A stretch of 64,000 nucleotides of DNA from Puniceicoccaceae bacterium (GCA_040830765.1 JBFOMH010000005.1:320001-384000), one strand, 5' to 3'. Positions 30,966-41,812 are shown, counted from the stretch's first letter. The notes: generated by a model from the letters alone, not told the origin. Program-made: numbers and translations.

Positions 30966-33900
30966 ATGAATTTTAAGATAGCAACCCAAATGACATTCCG
31001 TTCGAAGAAGACAGTTACAGCACTAGGCATCACCCGTTGGCGGGGGATGAGCCTAATCCTGTGCTGTATTCTTGGCTTCGCTACAGGAAGTATCAACGCC
31101 CAGCCGCTGGACAATGCCCTGTTCACCGTTGGGACCTCGGCTGTGGACGAACAAAACAACAACTGGGCCTATGTCCTGTTCCAGTTAACCGCGGACAGCG
31201 AGAATCTCCTCAACCGCCGCCTTGCCGTCTACACCAAGCCCGGCGATATCCAGGATCCAGGACAATTTACCAAGACCGGAATAGTCGCCCTGCAGGAAGA
31301 TCCGGCAGTCATCAAGGTCCTTCTGGCACGGGCCGAGGGAATCGGCCAGGCCCCGGGTGACCTAAACTTTGCCATTGATGAACTGTTTGGGGAGCTGATG
31401 CCAGCCGAGGAATTGACGGTCGAAGAAAAGCTTTCCGCGGTCATTCGCGGTTCGCTGTTCGACGAGCGTCACTTCGCCAACCTGATGCTGCTGGCGCGCA
31501 TGCATCCGGGTGTCTCCCTCTGCCTTGGACTTGCCCATGCGCAAAAGATTGGTGCCGGAAAGACAACTTTTGAAATTCGCGAGATGGGACCGGGGAACGT
31601 GGAGATGGGTGTTGTTGGTCGCGTGGCCGTCGAGGCGGGTCAACCGGTAGTCCTGCCCGCTCCGGGTGGACCGGTGGCGGTTCCTGACCTCTCCCCCAAG
31701 GGTCACCTCAATGCCCGCCTGCGCTGGGCTATTCCCAACACCCTCCGTCGTCTCGCCCTCCTGCAATACGGCTTCAATGTATACCGGGTGACTCTCAGCA
31801 TGGCCGAGGACCTTGGGTGGGACCTGCAACCGCCCGAGGGCGATCTGCTGGCCCAGATGTCCCTCGATGTTCCGGAAATCAAGCTGGTCAACCGAAGCCC
31901 GGTTCTCCCGACAGCCATTTTCGACGAAGTCGATGTCCTCGACCTCAACACCTATCCGGATACGGCATTTGTCGCCGACGATAACGACATGTTCGATGAG
32001 AACTCCATTCCCTTTAAGGATGGGGAACGTTTCTATTACTACGTCGCCGCCCGGGATATTCTGGGCCGGAACGGTGAGGTTTCGGAAGGAACGGAAGTCA
32101 TGATGTCAGACCGGGTTCCACCCAACGCCCCCCGCCGGCCTGAAGTCTCCAACGTAGTGGACTACGTCAACGGCCAGGAAACCCATCACCTGCAGGTCAC
32201 GTGGCGGCAACTGGTCTCCACACCAGAGGAACCGATTTCCGGATACTACGTCTACCGCTGGTCCAATCCAGGTGATGTCCAGAAGTTTGGCGCCGATCCT
32301 CAGTGGAACCAGATATCCAACTTCATTCCACAGGACGAGAATGTCCGCCGCCTGTCCTATATCGATGATGGCCAAGGCTCCCCTACTGTACCGGAAGATT
32401 ATGATCAGACCTACTGGTACACCATCCGCGCCGTCAAGCCGACCGCCATGGGTGGCAATTACTCCCCCAACAGTGCACCAGCCTTCGGCGTCCTGCGCGA
32501 CCGGAATGCCCCCGATCCACCGGAAGGGGAAATCCTCATCTACTGCTGCCTGCCCATTGCCATCCCCGACAAGTTTGAGGACGTAGCAGAGGAAGCCGGC
32601 AAGGATCCTCTACGGGTCATCTTTGACCTGATTTGTGAACGGGACAACCTGACCGTTGTATGGGCCGAATTCGCGGTTAATGATACCCGCAACCCGGACA
32701 ATTTCCTCGGCAGGTATGACTTCACCCGCTACCGCACCACTGTCCGACATCGCCTCGACTTGGGTCGGCAGAACACGGAGAAACTGGATCTGCTGAACTT
32801 CTACTGCCGGGTCGGTGACGCTGCCGGCAATGTCTCCGAATGGGTCCTCTTCGAACGAATTGGGCTGCCTGATCGAGGATTTATCCGGCAGGTCAGGTTC
32901 CTCGGACGGGAAGATTGCAATGAGGTCGTCCTTAGTGCGACTTCATCGGTTATTGGCTGCGATGTCCACTCGCCCGGCGGCAAGCCATTCCCAGGCAACG
33001 CTCCGGTTCCGGAAGACGGGCAGAATCCGGTCAACCCGATCAAGGTCAAGTTCTCCCTCACTGAGGGAGCCGGCGAATACCGCGTCTACCGGCGTGTCGA
33101 TACCGGCAACCTCACTCTCTGGCGCCAGGGCCTGGCTGATGAGGCAGAGGCTCAGGAAATTGTCCTTGAGGATGGTGCCCTGCCGCCTAACTCAGCAGAA
33201 ATCACCTACTTTGGTCAGTTCCTTGATGACAATGGCAATGCCAGCGAGCTGAAGCTTCTGGGGCAGTATGTGGCCGTCAAGCAACCGGCCCCCGATCCGA
33301 TGCTCAGTCCGCCCGAGGTGGACGGAACCGACGAGGACCCGCGCATGCTCCTGAAGTGGTTCTGTACACCCGAGGGCGTCGAGCGTTTCGAGGTCCTGCT
33401 GGTGCCGGAACCAGGCCCCATCCCGAACAGCATTTCGCCCGACCTGTCTGTCAACCAGGCCTCCCCGCAGAACAATTTCCAGCTGGGATGGGATTCCGGA
33501 CAGGGCGATGACTCCAACGCGGGCTATGGTGCCTACCAGACGCCGTCCCTTGAGGCAGGCTTCGGTCCGGGACCGGACTATGCGGTCAGTATTCCCATTA
33601 TCAAGGGAACCACCTACACCATCCAGATTCGCGCCATCGCCAAGTACGGCGGCACATTCAGCTACAGCAACGCCTACCAGTTCATGTGGCCCACCGATTC
33701 CATAGAGGAGGCCACCGGGCCGATGGTTCCATGGCCGGCTCGTACAGCACCTGAAGTCGCCCAGAAGATCAGCAACGACATGGTTGCCCTGCGGGTCCAG
33801 GAACCCGATTTCAACGGTATGGGGGTCGTCATCGGTGAAGTTCCACCGGCTGACCTAATCGAGGGTGATCTCATCGGGACCAATGCCGATATCCGGGACT

Positions 33901-34247
33901 ATCTCTTCCCGGTCAATGAGCCCAGCGGGAAACTGCTCCCGATGATGCTCTACCGTTACCAGGTTCCCAACGAGGACTATCCCACTCCTTCGGGCGACAT
34001 CATCCAGGTTTCGCCCTTGATGACGGATATCGCCACCGGTATCGATAATGGCAATACGCTGATCCGTGATCCCTTCGTCAAGATCATCAACCGCGGAACC
34101 GGCCAGCTGGACCAACCGTGGCCGATTGTCCTCTTGGATACGCAACCGGCCATCCGCAAGGCGACCTACGCCTACATCGTGGTCCGCTTCGATGAGAACG
34201 GGGAAATCGCCTCCGTCCATCCGGTTCCGGAGATCCTTGTCCCATAA
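30966..34247 (+). CDS. Secreted fibronectin type III repeat protein (1093 aa)
   Basis: Signal peptide; LRW..GFNVYR, YYYVAARDILGR.G..S, VTW..GYYVYR, YWYTIRAV, TYTIQIRAI. Confidence 0.85.
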   Translation: MNFKIATQMTFRSKKTVTALGITRWRGMSLILCCILGFATGSINAQPLDNALFTVGTSAVDEQNNNWAYVLFQLTADSENLLNRRLAVYTKPGDIQDPGQFTKTGIVALQEDPAVIKVLLARAEGIGQAPGDLNFAIDELFGELMPAEELTVEEKLSAVIRGSLFDERHFANLMLLARMHPGVSLCLGLAHAQKIGAGKTTFEIREMGPGNVEMGVVGRVAVEAGQPVVLPAPGGPVAVPDLSPKGHLNARLRWAIPNTLRRLALLQYGFNVYRVTLSMAEDLGWDLQPPEGDLLAQMSLDVPEIKLVNRSPVLPTAIFDEVDVLDLNTYPDTAFVADDNDMFDENSIPFKDGERFYYYVAARDILGRNGEVSEGTEVMMSDRVPPNAPRRPEVSNVVDYVNGQETHHLQVTWRQLVSTPEEPISGYYVYRWSNPGDVQKFGADPQWNQISNFIPQDENVRRLSYIDDGQGSPTVPEDYDQTYWYTIRAVKPTAMGGNYSPNSAPAFGVLRDRNAPDPPEGEILIYCCLPIAIPDKFEDVAEEAGKDPLRVIFDLICERDNLTVVWAEFAVNDTRNPDNFLGRYDFTRYRTTVRHRLDLGRQNTEKLDLLNFYCRVGDAAGNVSEWVLFERIGLPDRGFIRQVRFLGREDCNEVVLSATSSVIGCDVHSPGGKPFPGNAPVPEDGQNPVNPIKVKFSLTEGAGEYRVYRRVDTGNLTLWRQGLADEAEAQEIVLEDGALPPNSAEITYFGQFLDDNGNASELKLLGQYVAVKQPAPDPMLSPPEVDGTDEDPRMLLKWFCTPEGVERFEVLLVPEPGPIPNSISPDLSVNQASPQNNFQLGWDSGQGDDSNAGYGAYQTPSLEAGFGPGPDYAVSIPIIKGTTYTIQIRAIAKYGGTFSYSNAYQFMWPTDSIEEATGPMVPWPARTAPEVAQKISNDMVALRVQEPDFNGMGVVIGEVPPADLIEGDLIGTNADIRDYLFPVNEPSGKLLPMMLYRYQVPNEDYPTPSGDIIQVSPLMTDIATGIDNGNTLIRDPFVKIINRGTGQLDQPWPIVLLDTQPAIRKATYAYIVVRFDENGEIASVHPVPEILVP

Positions 34248-34261
34248 ATCCTTTAACCCAC

Positions 34262-37200
34262 ATGAAACGCACCTTTCCCATTCGCCTGATTTCCCTGGTC
34301 GCCCTGCTGACCCAGGCTGTCTTTGCCAGCCAGGTGCAGGAAACGCCGGAGGAATTCCATCTGGTGGGGGATATTGACGGCGACGGAAGGGAAGATCTGG
34401 TCGTTGTTGACAAGGCCAGTGGTGGCTTCCGGGCTGCTTACCAGTTGTCCGAAGGCAACTGGACCTGGTACCCGGCCCGCGCAACGGGCATGGACAATAT
34501 TACCGGTGTTGCTATGGGACAGTGGTTTGGGACGGACAAGGACAGCTTGGCGGTGACCAGTCCCCTGGCCAACCGGGTCCATGTCATCCAGGCAAATGTC
34601 CCCGGAGGACTTCCACAAATCGATGCAGTCTTTCCAGAAGGCATTGGCCCGTCCGAACTGGCGGCCCCGGACATCGGCGGCTTCGGCAACACCATCCATG
34701 ATGACATGTGGATTGGTTCCCGGGAAAACAGTGCCCCGGACCCGAACCACATCACGACCATCCGCCACGATGGCCTCGCCTTTTCCGATTTGGACGACTC
34801 TCTGGCGGATCGTGAGATCCAACAGGCCCGGGATGTCATCATAAAGGAGGGCGGTGAGCGGATCGTGGCCTACCTTGGCAAGGCAGGTGGACAAGATGAC
34901 GAGCTGACCTTGCTGTCCTACGAAACTGGCACAGCCGTGACTGTTGCCACGACCGCTGTCCCGGAAGACTCCCTATGGGCCTCCGGACTGGTAGTTCCAG
35001 GCACCCTGCACCACTTCCTCACCTGGCGGATTGGCCAGTCAGTGATCGACATCCATGAAGTGACCGAGGCCCAAATCGACGTCTTCGGGTTATCAAGTAT
35101 CGGCAGCTTCGATACAGGTAACTCCATCTTCTCCCTCTCCGTCGTCCAATCGGAAAACGGACCGCGATTAGTGGCCATTGATGCATCTGGGGATTCCGCC
35201 CGGATTTACTCATTCGATGGCATGAACGCCCCCCAACTCGTACAGACCATTGGGGCCTCCGAAGGCACTTCCCTAACGGGTGCCCTACCCCTTCCAGGAG
35301 GAGGCTTTCAGTTGCTCGATAATGATGGCTCACCCAGCGGAACAACGGGCACGACCCTCTACAATCCGGATGGCGGCACCTTCCTTGCCGGGGCCAGTTC
35401 CGAACTTCCCCAGTTGCGCCGGGCGGCCGTCCGGGCCAATGCCTTTGCCTTCGCTTCGGAACCCTTTGTCGACCCCGAGGCCCAGATGCTGGCCCTCTAC
35501 AACGTCCCGGACTGGACTTCGGATCCTGTCCTACAAGGCGGTCAGCTGTCGTTACAATCTGAGGTCCTTGAAGGCCCGGAGGTCGGACTCGGGTCACCGA
35601 TGCCGGTGATTGTCGGGACCGTGCCCATCGGGACGGCGTTCGCCCTCACCAACCAGTACAACGGGGCCATTTCACTCCATAGCTATTCCGCATCAAGAGG
35701 CGCCAGCGGGGCCAGCGTCGACATCAGTCCGGTGGACGGCATCAAGACCAAGGCCCTCCTGATGTCCTTTGCTCCGCAACCGGCGAATGCTCCCGTGTAC
35801 TACCGCCGCAATGACGGGGCGTGGGTGCTTTGGAACTCGGCTCCCGTCCTTGTCGGTGAAACCACCACGGTTCACTTTTATGCTGTCGATCCTAACACTT
35901 CCAGGCCTTCAGCAATCCGGGTCGCCGACTATATTTTCCAAGAAGATGCCTTCACCCTCGATTCGGACAAGGATAGCGTTCCCGACTTTGTCGAGCTGGC
36001 CGAAGGACTCGATCCCCTGGGAGGCGTCGATACCGATGGGGACGGCTACAGTGACCTCAACGAGTTGCTGGTCGGCACGGATCCGGCTCTGGCTACGGAA
36101 ACACCCACACCCGAACAACGGCTGGAGGAGAACATCGCCTTCCAACTCCGCGTGGCCCCGCTTCCCGTTGACGGCCTGTCTGGCAACCGGGCCACAGCCG
36201 CTGAAGGCGCGCGCCTCGATGTCTTCGGATTGGACGGATCCAACCTCGCAGGGGATGCCGCTGCCCCGCTCGGCCAGCAAGGCGTGACCGGACCCGGTCT
36301 CGGACTGGATGCACTGATCGCGGATACCCGGCAGGGATTTGTCACAGTCATGACAGAGCCTGTCTATGCGGTCACCATACCCGACGAAGACAAGGACCGG
36401 GGCCGCGAAATCGCCGTCCTCTACGCGATCCCCGAAGGCTCCATCCCGGAAATTGAGTACACTCCAGGTAATGGTACGCTGCAGGAAGAAGCCGCCGCCT
36501 GGATCGCTGCTGCCCTCGCCGCCCGCAACAGCATTGTCCGGCCGGTGGTCAGTGGCAACTGGACGGAAATCGATACCCTATCCGGGCTCCTGCTGGAAAT
36601 GAAGTTGGAATCCATCTTCCTCGCCCGCTCATTGCCCGATCTCGAGGCCGGCAAGCTGACCTTGTTTGGCGGACGCACCGGGGATGCCGGACGCTTTTCA
36701 CCGACCGGTGACGACTTTGCCGACCTGCGCATCGAGCTCTCCGAATCCCTTCCAGGCTATGACATCAGGGAATTGTTCACTACTATCGATGGTGCCGTCC
36801 AAAACGATCAGGGACTCTCCGGCCTCCGTGACGTCGCGACCGCGATTTACGCAGTCAGCAGCGAGAATTCCAACGCCGCTCCCCCCGGCACCTACCTGCC
36901 GCCCTTTGAGGTCCTGCGCTCATTTGTCCGTGGCAATCCCCTTCCGGAGCCTTACCTTTCTGAACTCGGGATCAACCCCGGCAACATCGATGCCGCCCAG
37001 GCATCCATCGCACCGTTGCTCGACGGTCTCCCCTCGCGCCCGGTGGAATCCTTCACCTTGGAGGTCCAGCCGGATTCCTTCGACGGCGGCTGCCATGCCC
37101 TTTTCCTGCTCGGAACCGACCAGCCGGTCAACCTCTTCGCCGCACCGGGCCAGCCCTATGCCTCAACCGACGGATTCGACCTCATAGCCGGAACCCGCCT

Positions 37201-37702
37201 CTTTGTGACCGGCTACACGGATGTCGTCGACGATGACTGCGATGGCACCGACATGGAGGTCATTAGTGTGGTTGTCCTCAGTTTCCCGCTACCGGAGGAT
37301 GCCGACGCCAATCAGAACCTGCTCATCGATGCCTGGGAGGATGCCTTCCTCATGGGTGACGGGGATCCCTATGGCGACGCCGATAACGACGGTATTAACA
37401 ACCTTCAGGAAATGCTCGACGGGACGGATCCCCTTGATCCGATGTCCATGGGCATGAATGCCATAGACCTCAGTCCGCCGGAGATTACCGTCCTCATCGA
37501 CCAGAACGGCATCACCCTGACATGGGACTTTCCAACCGAGTATGCCCAGCTGTTCGACTGGCTGGTCACAGTCAGTGATGATTTCCTCAATTGGTCACCG
37601 GTTGCCAACCCAGTTGTGGAGTCGCCGGCCGGTACCTTCACGGTGGAAATCCCGGCCAGTGAAGCCGGTATTTTCCAGGTGCAGATGCTGCTGAAACCTT
37701 GA
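34262..37702 (+). CDS. Secreted protein (1146 aa) with FG-GAP/VCBS motif and thrombospondin type-3-like Ca-binding repeats
   Basis: Signal peptide; GDIDGDGREDLVV; DSDKDSVPDFVE, DTDGDGYSDLNE..GTDP, DADNDGINNLQE..GTDP. Confidence 0.85.
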   Translation: MKRTFPIRLISLVALLTQAVFASQVQETPEEFHLVGDIDGDGREDLVVVDKASGGFRAAYQLSEGNWTWYPARATGMDNITGVAMGQWFGTDKDSLAVTSPLANRVHVIQANVPGGLPQIDAVFPEGIGPSELAAPDIGGFGNTIHDDMWIGSRENSAPDPNHITTIRHDGLAFSDLDDSLADREIQQARDVIIKEGGERIVAYLGKAGGQDDELTLLSYETGTAVTVATTAVPEDSLWASGLVVPGTLHHFLTWRIGQSVIDIHEVTEAQIDVFGLSSIGSFDTGNSIFSLSVVQSENGPRLVAIDASGDSARIYSFDGMNAPQLVQTIGASEGTSLTGALPLPGGGFQLLDNDGSPSGTTGTTLYNPDGGTFLAGASSELPQLRRAAVRANAFAFASEPFVDPEAQMLALYNVPDWTSDPVLQGGQLSLQSEVLEGPEVGLGSPMPVIVGTVPIGTAFALTNQYNGAISLHSYSASRGASGASVDISPVDGIKTKALLMSFAPQPANAPVYYRRNDGAWVLWNSAPVLVGETTTVHFYAVDPNTSRPSAIRVADYIFQEDAFTLDSDKDSVPDFVELAEGLDPLGGVDTDGDGYSDLNELLVGTDPALATETPTPEQRLEENIAFQLRVAPLPVDGLSGNRATAAEGARLDVFGLDGSNLAGDAAAPLGQQGVTGPGLGLDALIADTRQGFVTVMTEPVYAVTIPDEDKDRGREIAVLYAIPEGSIPEIEYTPGNGTLQEEAAAWIAAALAARNSIVRPVVSGNWTEIDTLSGLLLEMKLESIFLARSLPDLEAGKLTLFGGRTGDAGRFSPTGDDFADLRIELSESLPGYDIRELFTTIDGAVQNDQGLSGLRDVATAIYAVSSENSNAAPPGTYLPPFEVLRSFVRGNPLPEPYLSELGINPGNIDAAQASIAPLLDGLPSRPVESFTLEVQPDSFDGGCHALFLLGTDQPVNLFAAPGQPYASTDGFDLIAGTRLFVTGYTDVVDDDCDGTDMEVISVVVLSFPLPEDADANQNLLIDAWEDAFLMGDGDPYGDADNDGINNLQEMLDGTDPLDPMSMGMNAIDLSPPEITVLIDQNGITLTWDFPTEYAQLFDWLVTVSDDFLNWSPVANPVVESPAGTFTVEIPASEAGIFQVQMLLKP

Positions 37703-37732
37703 TTTTACGGTCATGGGCCGTATACTATACCC

Positions 37733-38191
37733 ATGACTGAAACAACAGACAAGAAGCACGCAGTTGTTAACGCACTGCGCCAGGTTGTGGCTGATAGCTA
37801 CGCCGTTATGGCGCAGACCCACCTCTGTCACTGGAACGTCAGGGGGCCCTCCTTTTTCTCGCTGCATAATGCCTTCGAGGAACAATACACAGAGCTGTTC
37901 ACGGCAATTGACGAAATTGCTGAACGCATCCGGGCCCTCGGGGCACTGGCCCCGGGTGGATTGGCCAGTCTGGCTGATCTGGCAGGCATGGAAGAAATCG
38001 GTGAGGACACCAGCGCCACGGAAATGGTGGTCCACCTATCGGAAGCCAATGCCGAGCTGATCAAGGACTTGATCAGTGCCCGTGATCATGCCTCAGAAGC
38101 TGGTGACGACCAGACCGAGGACCTAATGATCGCCCGTATCCAGGTTCATCAAAAGACCAAATGGATGCTCGACAGCTTCCTTGAGAAATAG
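37733..38191 (+). CDS. dps: Dps DNA starvation/stationary-phase protection protein
   Basis: HWNVRGPSFFSLH..FEEQY..DEIAERIRALG, K..WML. Confidence 0.95.
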   Translation: MTETTDKKHAVVNALRQVVADSYAVMAQTHLCHWNVRGPSFFSLHNAFEEQYTELFTAIDEIAERIRALGALAPGGLASLADLAGMEEIGEDTSATEMVVHLSEANAELIKDLISARDHASEAGDDQTEDLMIARIQVHQKTKWMLDSFLEK

Positions 38192-38194
38192 TCC

Positions 38195-38743
38195 CTACCC
38201 GCCAAATGCAATTCCCTGCGCGATGATGATGCGGTTTTCCGGAGTGGAATCTGGTGCCAGATACCCTTTGACGATTACCGCATCATTCTCCTTCAGGCCA
38301 ATGGCTTCCTTCAGGCTGACCTGAAGCGGAAGTCCTTCCGCATCGACAAACTGCACGAAGGCGCGGGAAGCAGTACGCTTCTCAGGGTCCTCACAGCAGG
38401 CATCCCAGGGAGTCGGACAGTGTGTAGGATCGCTCATTTCGTCGCAGAAGACGAGGACCTCATCAGCGAGGACAAATCCGGCAAATTCGGTCGATAAGGG
38501 TTCAACCGTCCCACCGACACGGCCCTTGACCAGGAGAGGCTCCTCAGGTTGTGCGGACGCAAGCCCTTCCAGCAGATCCTTGGCATCCGCTGGGACGTCA
38601 GCCAAAAGGAAAGATCCAACCGGGGAAGCCGGGACGTTTTCTGCAATTGTGGATTCAATGGTCTCCCCCTTTGGCCCACAGCCACTGATCAGGACCGCCG
38701 TGGTTAAGGATATTACAGTTAGGAACAGATGATGTTTCTTCAT
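38195..38743 (-). CDS. Cys-rich lipoprotein
   Basis: Lipobox LISGC; motif FCDEM...HCPTPWDACCED. Confidence 0.8.
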   Translation of the reverse strand: MKKHHLFLTVISLTTAVLISGCGPKGETIESTIAENVPASPVGSFLLADVPADAKDLLEGLASAQPEEPLLVKGRVGGTVEPLSTEFAGFVLADEVLVFCDEMSDPTHCPTPWDACCEDPEKRTASRAFVQFVDAEGLPLQVSLKEAIGLKENDAVIVKGYLAPDSTPENRIIIAQGIAFGG

Positions 38744-38774
38744 AATGGATAATTGAATGTTAGAATTGAAAGAA

Positions 38775-39926
38775 TCAGCCCGATCGAAGTGCCACCGGGA
38801 CCGGCATGCGCAGGCAGCGGGTGGCTGGCGGGAGAGTTCCCAGTGTTCCCAGAATCAAGGCGGTTGATAAGGCCACCAGCAGGACACCGCCAGTGAGTTC
38901 CATCCGGAAAGTCCCAACAGAGAACTGGACCATATACCCCTCGAGGATAATCAAGCCGCCGACTACGGCAATCATCAGGCCGACAGCCTGGGTAAAGAGG
39001 CTTTCCTGAATCAGGGAAAGCAAGACCGCCCGGCGCCGGTATCCTAGGGTCTGCAGGGTGGCCAATTCGCGAATCCGCGAGGAAAAGGACGCATAAAGCA
39101 TGTTCAATCCTCCCATTGCTGCTCCAAGGGCCACCATCGCGGCGGTCAGCCAGGTCATGCTGCGGATAGGGCCGTAGAAAGTTGCCAGATTCGAATAGTA
39201 TTCACTTTCTGATACAACGACCAGTTCAAGGTCCAGCCGTTGCTTGGCAAATATGTCGGCCCATTTGATGTCGGCGGGATTGTCCAGGCGGATCACGACA
39301 CAGGAAAGCGTCTCGCGCTGGATGAGTGTCATGAGGTCACTCCGGTTAAACCAGACTTCCGATTCCATCACTGTTCCGCTGGCATCAAAACGGCCGGAGA
39401 TACGGAATTCCTCACCTTCAAAAAGCACCGTCTCTCCTACAGCCAGTTTCTCTTCATCAACACCGAGCAAGTGATGAGCCAGATTACCAACCATCACTTC
39501 ACCCGATGCCGGCCACTGTCCTTCCAGCAAACGTGCCTCACGGTGGGCCTCAAAGACGGCTGGGGTGACTCCACGGGTGAGCCCCTGGGCCGGTTTTACT
39601 CCTGGCACAGCCAGCAGACCATTGTAGTGAACTTCTCCCGACACGGCGGCGACACCGGCCCGTTCGGATATTCCCCGGACACCGGCCTGGACCATGCTTT
39701 CGGCCTGCATGAGGATTTGGCTCCGCTCAACGCTTTCCTCGGAACCAGCTCCAAGAAAGATAACGTTGTGGGCGGAGCCGCTGGCCCTGAGCAAGCCCTG
39801 CATCCCGCTGTTGAAGGTACCTGCAGCAATAATGAGAAAAATGACCAGGGCGGAGCCGCCCGCTTTCTGCAGGAAGCGCCTCGGCTCGCGCATCAGGTTA
39901 CGATAGGCATAGGAAAATGGTAGCAT
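38775..39926 (-). CDS. ABC permease (MacB/FtsX family)
   Basis: AYRNL.R, large periplasmic domain, SRIRELATLQTLGY, 4-TM topology. Confidence 0.9.
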   Translation of the reverse strand: MLPFSYAYRNLMREPRRFLQKAGGSALVIFLIIAAGTFNSGMQGLLRASGSAHNVIFLGAGSEESVERSQILMQAESMVQAGVRGISERAGVAAVSGEVHYNGLLAVPGVKPAQGLTRGVTPAVFEAHREARLLEGQWPASGEVMVGNLAHHLLGVDEEKLAVGETVLFEGEEFRISGRFDASGTVMESEVWFNRSDLMTLIQRETLSCVVIRLDNPADIKWADIFAKQRLDLELVVVSESEYYSNLATFYGPIRSMTWLTAAMVALGAAMGGLNMLYASFSSRIRELATLQTLGYRRRAVLLSLIQESLFTQAVGLMIAVVGGLIILEGYMVQFSVGTFRMELTGGVLLVALSTALILGTLGTLPPATRCLRMPVPVALRSG

Positions 39927-39929
39927 GGC

Positions 39930-41081
39930 TCAGGAATCTCTCAGGGATTGGACGATGGGTCGTTTGGCCGCCTCATAGGCTGGCCAGATCGATGAAAGTA
40001 GGGCCAACAGCATGGCCACCACGATGCCCAGAATAGCAATGGTGTAACTGGGCTGCAGGGCCAGTGTAAGACCCTCACTACCAAAGCTGAAATTCTGCCA
40101 GCTGAAGAACAGGCTGGAAAACAGACTTCCCAGCAAGCCTCCAGCAAGTCCCAGGATAATACCCTCAAAGACCACCAGCAGTCCAATGGCATACTGCGGA
40201 TAACCAACTGTTTGAAGAATCGCCCCCTCCTTGATCCGCGTCCGCGAGGCCAACAGCAAGGCATTGGCCACCAAGCCCAGAACACCCAGGACTGCTCCCA
40301 GACCCAGCCATCGGGTAAAACCAATCATTTCCACCATGTCCTTGGCGGTCTGGGCAAAGAAAGCCTTCTCGGGACGGGTAATCGTGGGGGCACTGTCAGA
40401 CCGGAAAAGGTCGTCGATCCGCGCGGCCACCGGTTCAAGAAAGGAAGGGTTTTCCACCCGGACGTTGAACTGGGTAACCGTACCCAGCCCAACCCGGCTG
40501 GCCTGTTGCAGGAAGGGCAAGTGGACATAGGCGACATTGTTGTCCTGGGCGTTGGGTGAGCGGATCACTCCTGCCACGACCACCCGAACCCCGACCGCTT
40601 CAAAGGTATCTCCCGGTTGCAAATCACGTTTCCTGGCAAAGTACTCCCCGACCAGGGCACCGTCCGAACGGTTGGTCCACTCCTCATAGGATCCGGCCAA
40701 CAACTCAAGTTGCGGATTGTAGCGCTTCAGGTCCTCGCGGGGTACGCCACGAAAGGTGATCACATCAAGACTGGCTCCGCAGTTGTTGACTGCTACCTGG
40801 ACCGGTATGGCCTCTGCCACTCCATCGATGCGGCGGATCTGGCTCAGGTAATGTTCAGGCAAGCGCGAGGTGGCCGGGCAGAAACGGTTCTCCCTATAAA
40901 CCACCAGTGTCGTGTCTTCAGCAGTCAGCTTTGTCGCTTTGCCAAGCGCTGCCTGCATGGTCTCCACGCTGCTGAAGAGAAACATGCCCACAGCCACTCC
41001 CAGCACCGTCAGGATGCTCCGGGTGCGGTGCCGCAGGGCCTGCTTGCCGGCAAGTGTGAAAAGATTGATCAGGCTCTTCAT
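39930..41081 (-). CDS. ABC permease (MacB/FtsX family)
   Basis: RTRSILTVLGVAVG, RIKEGAILQTVGY, SIWPAYEA. Confidence 0.9.
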   Translation of the reverse strand: MKSLINLFTLAGKQALRHRTRSILTVLGVAVGMFLFSSVETMQAALGKATKLTAEDTTLVVYRENRFCPATSRLPEHYLSQIRRIDGVAEAIPVQVAVNNCGASLDVITFRGVPREDLKRYNPQLELLAGSYEEWTNRSDGALVGEYFARKRDLQPGDTFEAVGVRVVVAGVIRSPNAQDNNVAYVHLPFLQQASRVGLGTVTQFNVRVENPSFLEPVAARIDDLFRSDSAPTITRPEKAFFAQTAKDMVEMIGFTRWLGLGAVLGVLGLVANALLLASRTRIKEGAILQTVGYPQYAIGLLVVFEGIILGLAGGLLGSLFSSLFFSWQNFSFGSEGLTLALQPSYTIAILGIVVAMLLALLSSIWPAYEAAKRPIVQSLRDS

Positions 41082-41791
41082 CCTAATGCCCTCTCAAGTT
41101 GATGCGCCTCCAGCAGTTGTCCTTTCTCAAGGTGCAGGCAACGATCGGCCGCATCGGCCGCCCGCGGGTCATGAGTGACCATGACAATCGTCTTGCCGTG
41201 TTCCCTGGACAAACGCTGCAACAGCTCAAGGATCTGAGTTGCGGCAGTACTGTCGAGATCGCCCGTTGGCTCGTCGGCTACCAGCAACTCCGGATCGGTG
41301 ACAATGGCCCGGGCGATGGCTACCCGCTGTTCCTGCCCGCCAGACAGTTCTGACGGAAAGTGACTCGCACGATCGGTCAGGCCTACCAAATCCAATGCCG
41401 CTTCAACCCGGATGCGGCGTGCGGAATTCGTCAACCCCTTGTCCAGCAGCAGGGGCAATTCGACATTCTCAAAGGCGGTCAGGATGGGAACCAGGTGATA
41501 CAGTTGGAAGATGTATCCGCAGTTTCGGCCCCGCCAGCTCGTCAGTTCACCGCGGCTCATCTCGACGATGTTCTTGTCCCCGATAAGCAGCTCTCCGGAT
41601 GTTGGTTGATCAATGCCAGCGATGCAGTTGAGCAGGGTTGTCTTACCGGAACCGGATGGCCCCATCAAGGCAAGGAACTCCCCCCGGCCAACCTCAAGGT
41701 CCAATTCCTCAAGCGGTGTAACGGTTGTTGTTCCCTTCTTGTAACTTTTGCTGAGGGAGCGGCAGATAATGAAATTTTCTCTTTCGTTCAT
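41078..41791 (-). CDS. ABC ATP-binding protein (LolD/MacB-like)
   Basis: [28 protein letters not shown]. Confidence 0.95.
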   Translation of the reverse strand: MNERENFIICRSLSKSYKKGTTTVTPLEELDLEVGRGEFLALMGPSGSGKTTLLNCIAGIDQPTSGELLIGDKNIVEMSRGELTSWRGRNCGYIFQLYHLVPILTAFENVELPLLLDKGLTNSARRIRVEAALDLVGLTDRASHFPSELSGGQEQRVAIARAIVTDPELLVADEPTGDLDSTAATQILELLQRLSREHGKTIVMVTHDPRAADAADRCLHLEKGQLLEAHQLERALG

Positions 41792-41812
41792 GATAAGATT
41801 CCTAGTGTTAAC

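Noticed and set aside
25656..37702. Assignment as Tc toxin, RHS, T6SS or contractile injection system
   Set aside because: No RHS/YD repeats or PxxxxDPxG core, and no recognisable VgrG, PAAR, sheath, tube or baseplate genes; all three proteins have Sec-type signals.
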